64,000 nucleotides of DNA, from assembly GCA_964016885.1 (NCBI GenBank), contig OZ024756.1, positions 35,216,001 through 35,280,000 on the forward strand. The letters are read 5' to 3'. Made by a program: the position numbers and the translations under genes. This DNA comes from Eledone cirrhosa (taxonomy: Eukaryota). The notes under the pieces were generated by a model, which saw nothing but the letters and a program-made list of their open reading frames with translations, did no database searches and was not told the DNA's origin. Shown piece by piece: positions 52,115-63,390 of the stretch (position 1 is its first letter; each line of letters starts with the position of its first letter).

Positions 52115-53868
52115 AGTGTTTGCAGCAGTGTAGTGTTTGCAGCAGTGTAGTGTCTGCAGCAGTGTAGTGTAGTGTCTGCAGCAGTGTAGTGTCTGCAGCA
52201 GTGTAGTGTAGTGTCTGCAGCAGTGTAGTGTAGTGTCTGCAGCAGTGTAGTTTCTGCAGTAGTGTCTGCAGCGGTGTCATGTCTGCAGCGGTGTCGTGTC
52301 TGCAGCGGTGTCGTGTCTGCAGCGGTGTCGTGTCTGCAGCGGTGTCGTGTCTGCAGCGGTGTCGTGTCTGCAGCGGTGTCGTGTCTGCAGCGGTGTCGTG
52401 TCTGCAGCGGTGTCGTGTCTGCAGCGGTGTCGTGCTTGCAGCGGTGTCGTGTCTGCAGCGGTGTCGTGTCTGCAGCGGTGTCGTGTCTGCAGTGGTCTAG
52501 TGTCTGCAGTGGTGTCGTGTCTGCAGCGGTGTAGTGTCTGCAGCAGTCTAGTGTCTGCAGCAGTGTGGTGTCGTGTCTGCAGTAGTGTCTACAGTGGTGT
52601 CGTGTCTGGAGTGGTGTTGTCTGCAGCAGTGTAGTGTCTGCAGCAGTGTAGTGTCTGCAGCAGTGTAGTGTCTGCAGCAGTGTAGTGTCTGCAGCAGTGT
52701 AGTGTCTGCAGTAGTGTCTGCAGCGGTGTCGTGCTTGCTGCGGTGTAGTGCTTGCAGCAGTGTAGTGTCTGCAGCAGTGTCATGTCTGCAGCGGTGTAGT
52801 GTCTGCAGCAGTGTAGTGCTTGCAGTGGTGTAGTGTCTGCAGCAGTGTAGTGTCTGCAGCGGTGTAGTGTCTGCAGCAGTGTAGTGTCTGCAGCGGTGTA
52901 GTGTCTGCAGCAGTGTAGTGTCTGCAGCGGTGTAGTGCTTGCAGCAGTGTAGTGTCTGCAGCAGTGTAGTGCTTGCAGCAGTGTAGTGCTTGCAGCAGTG
53001 TAGTGCTTGCAGCAGTGTAGTGCTTGCAGCAGTGTAGTGCTTGCAGCAGTGTAGTGCTTGCAGCAGTGTAGTGTCTGCAGCAGTGTAGTGCTTGCAGCAG
53101 TGTAGTGTCTGCAGCAGTGTAGTGTCTGCAGCGGTGTAGTGTCTGCAGCGGTGTAGTGTCTGCAGCGGTGTAGTGTCTGCAGCGGTGTAGTGTCTGCAGC
53201 GGTGTAGTGTCTGCAGCGGTGTAGTGCTTGCAGCGGTGTAGTGCTTGCAGCGGTGTAGTGTCTGCAGCGGTGTAGTGTCTGCAGCGGTGTAGTGTCTGCA
53301 GCGGTGTAGTGCTTGCAGCGGTGTAGTGTCTGCAGCAGTGTAGTGTCTGCAGCAGTGTAGTGTCTGCAGCAGTGTAGTGTCTGCAGCAGTGTAGTGTCTG
53401 CAGCAGTGTAGTGCTTGCAGCAGTGTAGTGTCTGCAGCAGTGTAGTGCTTGCAGCAGTGTAGTGTCTGCAGCAGTGTAGTGTCTGCAGCGGTGTAGTGTC
53501 TGCAGCGGTGTAGTGTCTGCAGCGGTGTAGTGTCTGCAGCGGTGTAGTGTCTGCAGCGGTGTAGTGTCTGCAGCGGTGTAGTGCTTGCAGCGGTGTAGTG
53601 CTTGCAGCGGTGTAGTGTCTGCAGCGGTGTAGTGTCTGCAGCGGTGTAGTGTCTGCAGCGGTGTAGTGCTTGCAGCGGTGTAGTGTCTGCAGCAGTGTAG
53701 TGTCTGCAGCAGTGTAGTGTCTGCAGCAGTGTAGTGTCTGCAGCAGTGTAGTGTCTGCAGCAGTGTAGTGCTTGCAGCAGTGTAGTGTCTGCAGCAGTGT
53801 AGTGCTTGCAGCAGTGTAGTGTCTGCAGCAGTGTAGTGTCTGCAGCAGTGTAGTGTCTGCAGCAGTGT
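52115..53868. repeat. 17-bp minisatellite (GTGTCTGCAGCRGTGTA), about 100 copies
   Basis: Tandem units with GTCT/GCTT and CAG/CGG variants. Confidence 0.97.
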
Positions 53869-53913
53869 AAGGACTAAACAACCCAGATAAAATATTCTAA
53901 AATCTTCCATTAA

Positions 53914-54336
53914 CCCTTTACCATTTACATTACTCTATATTTACTATTGTATTTTGAAAGTAAAGGCTTTATCTTACATAATTATCTCACATTATATTGA
54001 ATCAATATGGTGGATTGGCAGTATCGATAGAGGGTCGGATGCCATGCTTTCCAGCATAGAGTTACGGCCCTTTATGGTCTGAGTTCAAATCCCACCGAGG
54101 TTAACTTTGCCTTTCATCCTTACGGGGTCGATAAAATAAAGTACCAGTAATGCACTGGGATAATTGCTGGCCTTGTGCTAAAAGTAGAAACAATTATATT
54201 GAATCAATGAGATTTTAATATTATTTATTTTGAGAACAATACGTTAACATTAGTATGAGTGGCTAGTTAGGGTTGGTTTGAACAGAAAGAGGTGAGAGAA
54301 TTCTGGTCGATTACGGCCGGTTTGAATGCTAAAGGG
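53914..54336. mobile_element. MITE P1 with nested family A SINE (54007-54192)
   Basis: TTAA-flanked TIRs; SINE bounded by a 16-bp TSD ATTATATTGAATCAAT. Confidence 0.9.
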
Positions 54337-54518
54337 TTAAGTAAACAATCTTACTTTACATTTTAACGATGGCTTCTAGAAGAATTAAAAAAAATAAGAA
54401 ACTCTTACCTGTTTTCAGCATCAAAGAATTATAAAAGATTTTGTTTTGTATTTCTTCCCCACCCTCTCAAAGAAATTAGTCCCACTCCAGTGTCTCTTCT
54501 TATTAGGCAATTATTTAA

Positions 54519-54739
54519 CCCTTTAGCATTTACATCATTTTATATTTACTATTATATTTTCACAGTAAAGGCTTTATCTCGCGTAATTATTTCACATAAT
54601 ATCGAATATATGAGATTTTGATATTATTTATTTTGAGAACAATACCTTAACATCAGAATGAGAGGCCAGTTATAGCCAGTTTGAACAGAAAGAGGTGAGA
54701 GAATTCTTGCTGGATATGACTGGTTTAAATGCTAAAGGG
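54519..54739. mobile_element. piggyBac-like MITE P1
   Basis: TTAA|CCCTTTAGCATTTA...TAAATGCTAAAGGG|TTAA. Confidence 0.88.
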
Positions 54740-57700
54740 TTAATTGTGTTAAAATAAGTCAAGTTAATGTTCTATATCCTTAATGACTGTAATAATGTTG
54801 ATATATTACAGCTGTTTGGAGGTTCTTCTTGTTAAGACACATTTAATATTTAATATACCATAAATCTACTGCAATTGTCTGTTTAAGTATTACCAATCTA
54901 TTCTAGATGTTCGTTTGTCTGAACTACTCTGTTCAGGTGCCTCAATAATAGAAGAGACATTAAAACTACACAAAACAAAACAACCTTGAAATGTCTTCGT
55001 TAAAATGACCCCTCCCTTCACTACCTCCCTCCCTATCTTGTAGAATTGTAACTATGTGCATTTGCATTCTATGTCTGCAGCAGTCGCTCATCTGTAACTC
55101 TGGTTTGGTCGTTTTTTCCTAAGACTCGGTATCTATAAATTTCTCCTCTCTCTAAAGTCAATGTCACTTTTTTCGCTTTTTTTTTCTTCTTTCCGTACAC
55201 CTCTTAGTTGTTATTATTATTATATATACAATTTTTTTTATTATTTTTTTTAATTTTTTTTTTACACACAAAATTGCCCATTTGTACCATCCTGTGCTGT
55301 CCTTAATGTTATACTTTGTCAACCCTTGTGGTTAATAAAGAAAGCATTATTTTTATTATTATTATTATTAATGTTATTAATTTTATTTTGCTCCCTTATC
55401 TGCAGGGAATTTCCATCCCCCCAAAAAAGCCTACAAAAAATAAAGACCACCTCAATGGAATCCCAAATGATTGTCTTTACCTATTATTATGTAGTCACAC
55501 GGTTTATTATTTTATCCCCCATTTAGTTAGCTGCTGCTGTTGCTGCTGTTGCTGCTCATTTCTTTGTTTTTTCACTTTTTTCTATATTGAAATCTTGATT
55601 ATATTATTTACTTTATTATTTATTGTTACCATTATTATTATTAAAGAAATCATTATTATTATTATTGAGGGCGTTGGATTGCAGCATAGAGTTATGGCCC
55701 TTTATGATCTGAGTTCAAATCCCGCCGAGGTTAACTTTGCCTTTCATCCTTACAGGGTTGATAAAATAAAGTACCAGTCACGCACTGGGGTCGATTTAAT
55801 TGACTTTCCCCTCCCCCCGGGAATTGCTGGCCTTGTGCCTATATAAGAAACCATTATTATTATTATTATTATTATAGGGGCGGTGGATTAGAAAAGTCGT
55901 TAAAGCGTCGGACAAAATGCTTTTCAGCATTTAGTTACGACCTCTTATTATTCAATTTACTCAATGTTATTCATTCTTTCAACTTCCATTGTTCATTTAT
56001 CCATTTCCTCCATAGGTTGAAGAAATTTTGCCCTTTTATTTCTTATTTATTTGGATGAAAAGCTTTGTATTAAATAGTACCTTGCTGGGGTTTTTTCTCC
56101 TTCTCCTTCACATTTTCATTTATTGAAATACATTTTTTTTCTGGTGCAATCAAAGGAACAGAATAAATAGAAAAACTAATTGCTCAGGAATAGACCAGAT
56201 AGACTAATTAGAAATGTTCTGGTTTAACTTCCTAACAAAATAACAATTTGATAAACTTAATGATTGTGATGGGAGTTTAATAGTTAGTTTGTACTGATGA
56301 AGCATAACAAAACAGAAACAATGGATTGTATGTGAATATTTGAAGAATAAATATTAATGGAATAAATATTACAGCTGCAACAACAGAATCTGAATGAATC
56401 ATCATCATTATCACAGTTTAACATCCATTTTCCACACTAGCATGGGTTTGACGATTTTTCCCGTTGTGAGACAAGTCAGTTCAGGTGACTCCTCACCACA
56501 GGTACACTGCAGTAACTCGACTTAACCTGTGTCCCTCCACTAGAATAGCTACCAACTGTATTCTGCCCTTACTCTCCCTTCCAATATCTACCACCCCTTC
56601 AATACCACACACCAACTGTACTCTCTCTGTCCTCCTCCACCACTACGCTATCTAACACCCCCTTCCCTTCCCCCATTGTTCTATTTGTTCTGTTCTTTGG
56701 AAGATCTCAGTTGCTGACAATCTGCAGCTAAATATATAATTTTTCACTTTAAAACTTGCTTTAAATTTTTGCACCAAAACCAATGAATGTTTTCCTTGAG
56801 TCAGTCTTTGGCAAACCTATTATTATTATTATTATTGAAGCCTGCTTAGCCTGTCACAGAGCATGGTATTATACGTACTTTACATTAAGATATTCATTCA
56901 TTTTTCTTTTTAATTTTTTTTTTTCTCCTATGTATACCAGTTAACACCTCGGGTACTTAATACCTCAGGTGCTTGACACCTCGAATACTTGACACCTTCG
57001 GTACTTGATACACAAGGTACTTGATACTCAAAGTACTTAAAGAGGGTGTGCTGATCCTTGTACACTTGGTCATTGATATATAAGTTAAATGCCATGATTA
57101 AATGTTTGTGTAATATATATATATACAGAGATGGTTAATTGGCAGTCATTAGAGTGTCGGGTTAATTGCCTTGCCAGTGTTTGTTCTGGTCTGTTGTGAT
57201 TAGAGTTCAAATCCTGCCAAAGTCAGCTTTGTCTTCCATCCTTTTGGAGTAGATAAAATAAAGTACCAGACCTGGAAGCAGTGGATTAGCAGAATTGTTA
57301 GAACATCAGGCAAGATGCTTTGTGGTGCTTGTTCAGGCTCTTTGCATTTTGTTTTTGTACATAGAAGTGAAGATGTGTGGCCTAGTGTTTAGGGTGTTGG
57401 ACTTATGATCTTAATGTCGTGGGTTCAATTCCTGGACTATGTTGTGCATTGTGTTCTTAAGCAAAACACCTCATTTCATGGTGCCCCGGTACACTCAGCT
57501 GAAAAGGAGTATCAGTAAGTAGCTGGGGCTTAACCTTGTGATGGACTGACGTCTTGTTGAGAGAAGAGTCTTGTAACTCTCAGTCACTTAACATTAATGA
57601 AACTGGGGTAAGCACTGGCATAATGTGCTTCCAGGCTTGGGCAGCCTTTAACCTTTTTTTAATGTCGAGGTAGCGAATTGGCAGAGTTATTAGAGATTAG

Positions 57701-58320
57701 GAGAAAATGCTTGTGGTATTTGTTCCAGATTTTTGTGCTCTAAGTACAAATCTGCCTTCTTCTTGCCCTTGCTCAATGAGGCCGGGGTCATACTAAGCCA
57801 TCGATCCCAAAGCATCATTGTGCTTAGAGCTGACCATGTCCACCGGCACCATCCATCGTCAAATCCTATTGAGGTATTTATTCTGACACTAACAAATCTA
57901 CCAATATACCACCCATGTTTATAAATAGTGTAAAAATAAAAACAGAACTGAAATAGACAGAAAAAGCCAGTGTTGTTATCACACCCTGTATGAATAGGTA
58001 CCTCTAGTATGGTTATAATATATATTTGGTACATAGCTTGTTGACATCTCTGGTGTATAATGTTTTGATGTGTCTCATATTTCCTTCTCTTCTAGATTTC
58101 CAGATTATTGGCAGTACCATTATTGAAATAATTCTTTTATATTTGTCTTGGGCTTAATGTTATCATAATTCTTGAAATTTATATATATCTGTACATTTTA
58201 TCTTATATGATGACGATTTATATATAATATATATATAAATATATATATATACATACTGTATATAAAATAATTAAGTCAAATATGTAAAATTTGGCTTTGT
58301 TTATTATAAATTATAGATAT

Positions 58321-58375
58321 ACTGCTATATATATTTCGGTGACAGCCATCATTGGCTGTGACCTCTTCAGGCAGT
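58321..58375 (-). ncRNA. Minimal type-I hammerhead ribozyme motif
   Basis: ACUGC-CUGAAGA-GGUcACAGCCA(auga)UGGCUGUcACC-GAAA-UAUAUAUA-GCAGU: stem I, conserved core, stem II, palindromic stem III, AUA triplet. Confidence 0.75.
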
Positions 58376-58469
58376 CCGAATTGGTGTGGGAGAGACAGGT
58401 ACACATGTTGTTGAAGGAGTAAAACACACTTCAACAACATGTGTACCTGTCTTTCCCACACCAATTCGG

Positions 58470-58524
58470 ACTGCCTGAAGAGGTCACAGCCAATGATGGC
58501 TGTCACTGAAATATATATAGCAGT
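58470..58524 (+). ncRNA. Minimal type-I hammerhead ribozyme motif (sense to Piezo)
   Basis: Same motif with a G.U instead of G-C closing stem II; predicted cleavage after A58519. Confidence 0.7.
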
Positions 58525-58676
58525 ATATCTATAATTTATAATAAACAAAGCCAAATTTTACATATTTGACTTAATTATTTTACATTACTCCGGAGTAAAC
58601 AAACCAACCTGCGTACTTCGTTGAGTGCTCCAATCTGCATACTGAGGTGTCGGTAAACAACCAACATGTACTCAAA

Positions 58677-58714
<38 letters not shown>

Positions 58715-59189
58715 CAACAAAGTTGCTGTCTCTCTCTACCTCTCCCTCTGTTTTCTGTTGTCTGTCTCTACTTCTCTTTCACTTCTACTGTCTGGCTTCT
58801 TTCTCAATCCTCTCCCTATCTCTGTCTCTTTTTCACATACACTCTCTCTCTCCCATTGTCTTTTCTCTCACTCTGCTACTTGTCTGTCTATACCCTATGG
58901 TTCTAAATTTTCCTATCTTGCAAAAGTACCCCATCTTGCCAAAATATCACCAAAGTGCCCTATTTTTGCTGACATATTCCATCTTGCCAAAATTTTACTT
59001 AAGTACCCCATTTTTGCTGAAAAATCCCATGTTGGTAAAATTTTACCAAAGTACCTTATTTTTGTTGAAATATCCCATCTTGCCAAAATTTTTACCATAG
59101 TACCCTATTTTTGCTGACATATCCCATGTTGTTGAAGTACTCCACTCCATGTCACTAAATACTCACTGAAGTTCTTTATTTCTGTCCAG

Positions 59190-59375
59190 TTCCTACCTAG
59201 ATGTGGCCAAATATGCAGTCTTCTACCACTTCTTCTGGGTGACCATGGCTGTTGTCTTCTTTGCTGGAACAAATCGTATCAACATATTTGGTCTTGGTTA
59301 TGTGGTTATTGTCTTCTTCTTCATGTGGTTTGGTCGAGAGTTTCTGTTGAAACCTCTCAGGAAGCTACTGTGGTG
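59190..59375 (+). CDS. piezo: Piezo exon (SYLDVAKYAVFYHFFWVTMAVVFFAGTNRINIFGLGY...)
   Basis: Acceptor gtccag|, donor |gtaact, phase 2 to 2; SYLD..K..VF and RI.IFGLGY motifs. Confidence 0.96.
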
Positions 59376-60066
59376 GTAACTATAATCTTTTTGTTCTTTT
59401 GACGCCTTTCAGTCATTTGACTGTGGCATACACACACACACACGCATGCACGCACGCACGCACGCGCGCGCGCATATACTGTGGCACATACACACACACA
59501 CATGCACGCATATATACTGTGGTACACACGTATATACACACACACACGCACATATGCACATCCACACATATATACTGTGGCGCACGCGCACATGCACACA
59601 TATATGCATACACATGAATACATACACACACTCTTATTATCATCATCATCATTGTTTTATACGTCCATTTCCCATGGTTGTGTGTGGGTGAGAAGGGTCT
59701 GCCCCACACAGGCCCTCATCAGTTGTTGTGATGCTTTGTCATCTCCTTTGTAAGGCTCAGAAACACAAGTGGTGAGGGGCTGTGTTGGAGCAGACCCCCC
59801 CCCCCCCCTCTTATAAATATAGAAAGATATGGAGGTAAAATGGTGCTGATGATAGGATAAGCTTCCACACAGTTTATGACAAGTAAATTTCACTCACAAA
59901 CCTATTCTCACACAGTGAGATTGAACCTGGGACCATTGTGTGGTTGCAAAGTAAACCAGGTCTTCAATGATAAACCAGGTCTTCAGGTGTGTTTTGTTTT
60001 GATATGCTGTAGCTAATCCCATAAGTCCATTTATAACAGAAATTATAAAAAATTTTTCTTTGTTAG

Positions 60067-60124
60067 GTGGAACTTTCTCATTGTATACACTTTCATTGTA
60101 CTAATGGTCAAAGTCATTCTACAG
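60067..60124 (+). CDS. piezo: Piezo exon (WNFLIVYTFIVLMVKVILQ)
   Basis: Acceptor tgttag|, donor |gtaagt, phase 2 to 0. Confidence 0.92.
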
Positions 60125-60467
60125 GTAAGTCAGTTTTATTTATCTGTTTCTTACAACCCTAGTGTCTGTGTGTATATGTGTGTCCAGTTTTAGAATAGGT
60201 ACACAAGACCCTTTGAATGTTGTAACACGTACCTCAAAGGGTTGGCAGGCACCAGGAAGGGTATCTGGTTATAAACCATTGCCTCAAATGGGATCCCATA
60301 AAGAATAGGATTAAGTCTGTCATAGAGCCTACAAAACTGTTCCTTGCTTCAGCAGGGAAAATGGCCTTAAAAGGATTGAAAACTAACAAAGGTTCTTACA
60401 TAAAATTATGATGGAAGATTTTTAGATAAATATAGACAATATAAAACAGTTTTGTATCATAGAATTA

Positions 60468-60673
60468 ACCCAGTAGCATTTAAACCGGCTGTATCTGGTC
60501 AGAAATTTCTCACCTCTTTCTGCTCAAACCTGCCATAACTGTCCACTCATATTGATGTTAAGGTATTGTTCTCAAAATAAATATCAAAACCTCATAGATT
60601 CAATATTATGTGAGATGAAGCCTTTACAACAAAAATACAATAGTTTATATAGAGTAATGTAAATGCTAAAGGG
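60468..60673. mobile_element. piggyBac-like MITE P1
   Basis: TTAA|CCCAGTAGCATTTA...TAAATGCTAAAGGG|TTAA. Confidence 0.8.
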
Positions 60674-60796
60674 TTAAGGCAGTTTCCAGTGGTTTTTTTG
60701 GGTTTGTTTTCAAAAGAGTTAAGAAAGAAATCTTCTTATTTTCTTTGTCAAGGTCAACAGGTTGATCATATTCTGTACATTTTCTTATTTTCACAG

Positions 60797-60890
60797 CTGG
60801 TTGGATGTGTTTACATGGACAGTTTCGAAATTAATCACTGTTGGGTTGTAAAGTTATTTGGTATTACATGCCTGAACAATTTTCCAACAG
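60797..60890 (+). CDS. piezo: Piezo exon (LVGCVYMDSFEINHCWVVKLFGITCLNNFPT)
   Basis: Acceptor tcacag|, donor |gtaagc, phase 0 to 1; CV and CW...LF...C motifs. Confidence 0.94.
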
Positions 60891-61353
60891 GTAAGCCTAT
60901 TGCTGTTGTTCATATAATTATCATTATTGTCAGACATACTAGTATGTCCTAGATAAGCCAGACCAGACTAAATGATGTGGGCCAGGTAGGCCAATTGGCA
61001 TGAACTTACGATTCGGGGAGGGGCTTCTCACCTCAAATCAATGTACAGCCGACCTGTTATTCTTCAATCTTTCACTATATATCTATATATATATATATAT
61101 ACCCCCACACACATGCACATATAGTACGGTGAATGCTAGTTTTGGTACCAAATTAAGCACCCTATTCACAGACAGTGTATATAATAGAAAAAACAAGGAA
61201 CTTTCGTTTACATCTGAAAAATATTTATTGTGTATCGACCTGTTATGTTTCACAGAGGATTTGCTCAAGGTGACCCATAGGAGCTATGGACCTGACTCCA
61301 GTATCAATCTGCTCCTCAGACTAATGATGCGATGAAAGATATATTTTTATATA

Positions 61354-61390
<37 letters not shown>

Positions 61391-61433
61391 GACGAAACAT
61401 AAGTCAATTGCATGAACTCGTAAACCTTTATTT

Positions 61434-61489
61434 ACTGCTATATATATTTCAATGATAGCCATTGGATGGCTATGACCTCATCAGGCAGT
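61434..61489 (-). ncRNA. Minimal type-I hammerhead ribozyme motif (second family member)
   Basis: ACUGC-CUGAUGA-GGUcAUAGCCA(uccaa)UGGCUAUcAUU-GAAA-UAUAUAUA-GCAGU; compensatory change relative to the 58-kb copies. Confidence 0.7.
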
Positions 61490-61548
61490 TAGTCAGTTCT
61501 TAGATATGCCAGCTCTGTGTTTATAGTGTTGATGGTATCAGAGCCTAG

Positions 61549-61614
<66 letters not shown>

Positions 61615-61827
61615 GTATATATACACCAATATATGTTGCATAACTATTATATTACAACAAAATGAATCAAAGTTATGTTTATGGAATGGTGAATCTATGA
61701 TCTATGTATAACCCCCCCCCCCCCACTAGATTTAATATGTAAATAGGTGGGCTGTAGCATGGTCTCATTCTCTGTTACCCCTATAGTGACTGTATCAATA
61801 AATATAAATATTCTTTCTATCTTTTAG

Positions 61828-61978
61828 AAAACACTGACACTTGTGAAGCGGACAGAAATAGTCTGGGATGGGACGTAATTTGCTTTACTTTACTTCTGCT
61901 ACAGAAAAGAGTGTATAGTTCCCATTATTTCCGACACATTGTGGCCGAACTTGAAGCTCAGAGGAGATTAGCTTCTAG
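61828..61978 (+). CDS. piezo: Piezo exon (ENTDTCEADRNSLGWDVICFTLLLLQKRVYSSHYFRHIVAELEAQRRLAS)
   Basis: Acceptor ttttag|, donor |gttggt, phase 1 to 2; WD..CF..LLLQ.R...S.YF motif. Confidence 0.96.
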
Positions 61979-62123
61979 GTTGGTATTCCCTTTTCTTCCT
62001 TTTGTTATTCTGTTTAAGGGAATGTCTTATGAGCATTGCTGACTTGTGGAGCTACGCTGATTTAATCGACTTTCCCTTCTCCCCAAATTGCTGGCCTTAT
62101 GCCTTTAGTAGAAATCGTTCTGC

Positions 62124-62158
<35 letters not shown>

Positions 62159-62159
62159 A

Positions 62160-62352
62160 GGGTGGTGGATTGGCAGTATCGGTAGAGGGTCGGACGCCAT
62201 GCTTTGCAGCAAAGAGTTACAGCCCTTTATGGTCTGAGTTCAAATCCCGCCGAGGTTAACTTCGCCTTTCAGCCTTACGGGGTCGATAAAATAAAGTACC
62301 TGTAATGCACTGGGATGATTGCTGGCCTTGTGCCAAAAGTAGAAATAATTAT
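62160..62352 (+). mobile_element. Full-length family A SINE
   Basis: Head, central domain and tail; follows an (ATT)n tract. Confidence 0.88.
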
Positions 62353-62444
62353 AATTATGCCTGTCTGTTACTGGCAATTCTCCTTAGTCTCTCACTCTCT
62401 GGTCACTGCTCAGATCACTAACCCAATTGTCTTTGTGTGTCCAG

Positions 62445-62605
62445 GGGAGCTGAACTGATTAATCGTATATTGATTCGAGACGTAATGCTACAGAAAGAGA
62501 GGGAGACCGAGGTGCTGCACACCATTAAGAAGAAAATGGAACACTTGAAAGCAAAACAAGCCGGACTAAAGAAGAACTTCCATGAACCTGATGATCACTT
62601 CATAG
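62445..62605 (+). CDS. piezo: Piezo exon, beam region (RGAELINRILIRD...KKKMEHLKAKQ...EPDDHFI)
   Basis: Acceptor gtccag|, donor |gtattt, phase 2 to 1; ASRGA plus coiled-coil beam helix. Confidence 0.95.
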
Positions 62606-62675
62606 GTATTTCTAGTTTATTCTTATTGATGATGATGATGATGGTGGTCATGTACAAGGCCCTTGACTAAACAGT

Positions 62676-63057
62676 AATATATATATATATATGTATATAT
62701 GTATATATATGTGTATATGTATGTATATATGTATGTGTGTGTATATATGTATGTGTGTATATATGTATGTGTGTATATATGTATGTGTGTATATATATAT
62801 GTGTGTGTGTATATGTGTATATGTGTGTGTATATATATATGTATGTGTGTATATATATGTGTGTGTGTGTATATGTGTATATGTGTGTGTGTGTATGTAT
62901 ATGTATGTGTGTGTATATATATATGTGTGTGTGTATATGTGTATATGTGTGTGTATGTATGTATGTGTATGTATATATATATATATATATATGTGTGCGT
63001 GTGTATGTATATATATGTATGTATGTGTGTGTGTATGTATATGCATGTGTGTGTGTG
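62676..63057. repeat. Compound (TA)/(TG) microsatellite
   Basis: Low complexity. Confidence 0.96.
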
Positions 63058-63139
63058 CAATTGATTGATGATGGTCGGTTGATGTTGTACATGGCTGCAC
63101 TAGCCACCCCACTACATTTTGTGTTATCTTCTCTTCCAG

Positions 63140-63282
63140 CTATCCGTTCCGGGGATTATTATTTATTTGAAGATGATGCTGAAGAGGATCCTCAAAGTCC
63201 AGCGCATGGGCCACCCACTTCCTTGAATATTGGTGAAACACGTCGTCGGAGTAGTGATGGGAAATCATTGGGTCCTCTTCAG
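63140..63282 (+). CDS. piezo: Piezo exon (AIRSGDYYLFEDDAEED...LGPLQ)
   Basis: Acceptor ttccag|, donor |gtgagg, phase 1 to 0; SGDY.LFE motif. Confidence 0.95.
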
Positions 63283-63390
63283 GTGAGGATTCTTTTTACT
63301 TTCCCTGTTTAAGTCCTCTCTAAAGTTGGATCATTACAGTGCAAGACTAGACAGCGGTTACAGTCCAAGATGGCCATCATGGTTTGTGAG

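Larger units (their letters stand above)
58263..58582. repeat. 154-bp-arm inverted repeat with a 12-nt loop
   Basis: 58263-58416 is the reverse complement of 58429-58582 apart from two positions, both G/T on the + strand. Confidence 0.95.

Noticed and set aside
52589-53910. 430-aa and 376-aa minus-strand ORFs
   Set aside because: Translations of the 17-bp minisatellite; no splice or domain evidence.
59373-59375. Alternative donor gtggta giving WW instead of WWW
   Set aside because: gtaact is the better donor, and WWW keeps the spacing I recall from vertebrate Piezo1.
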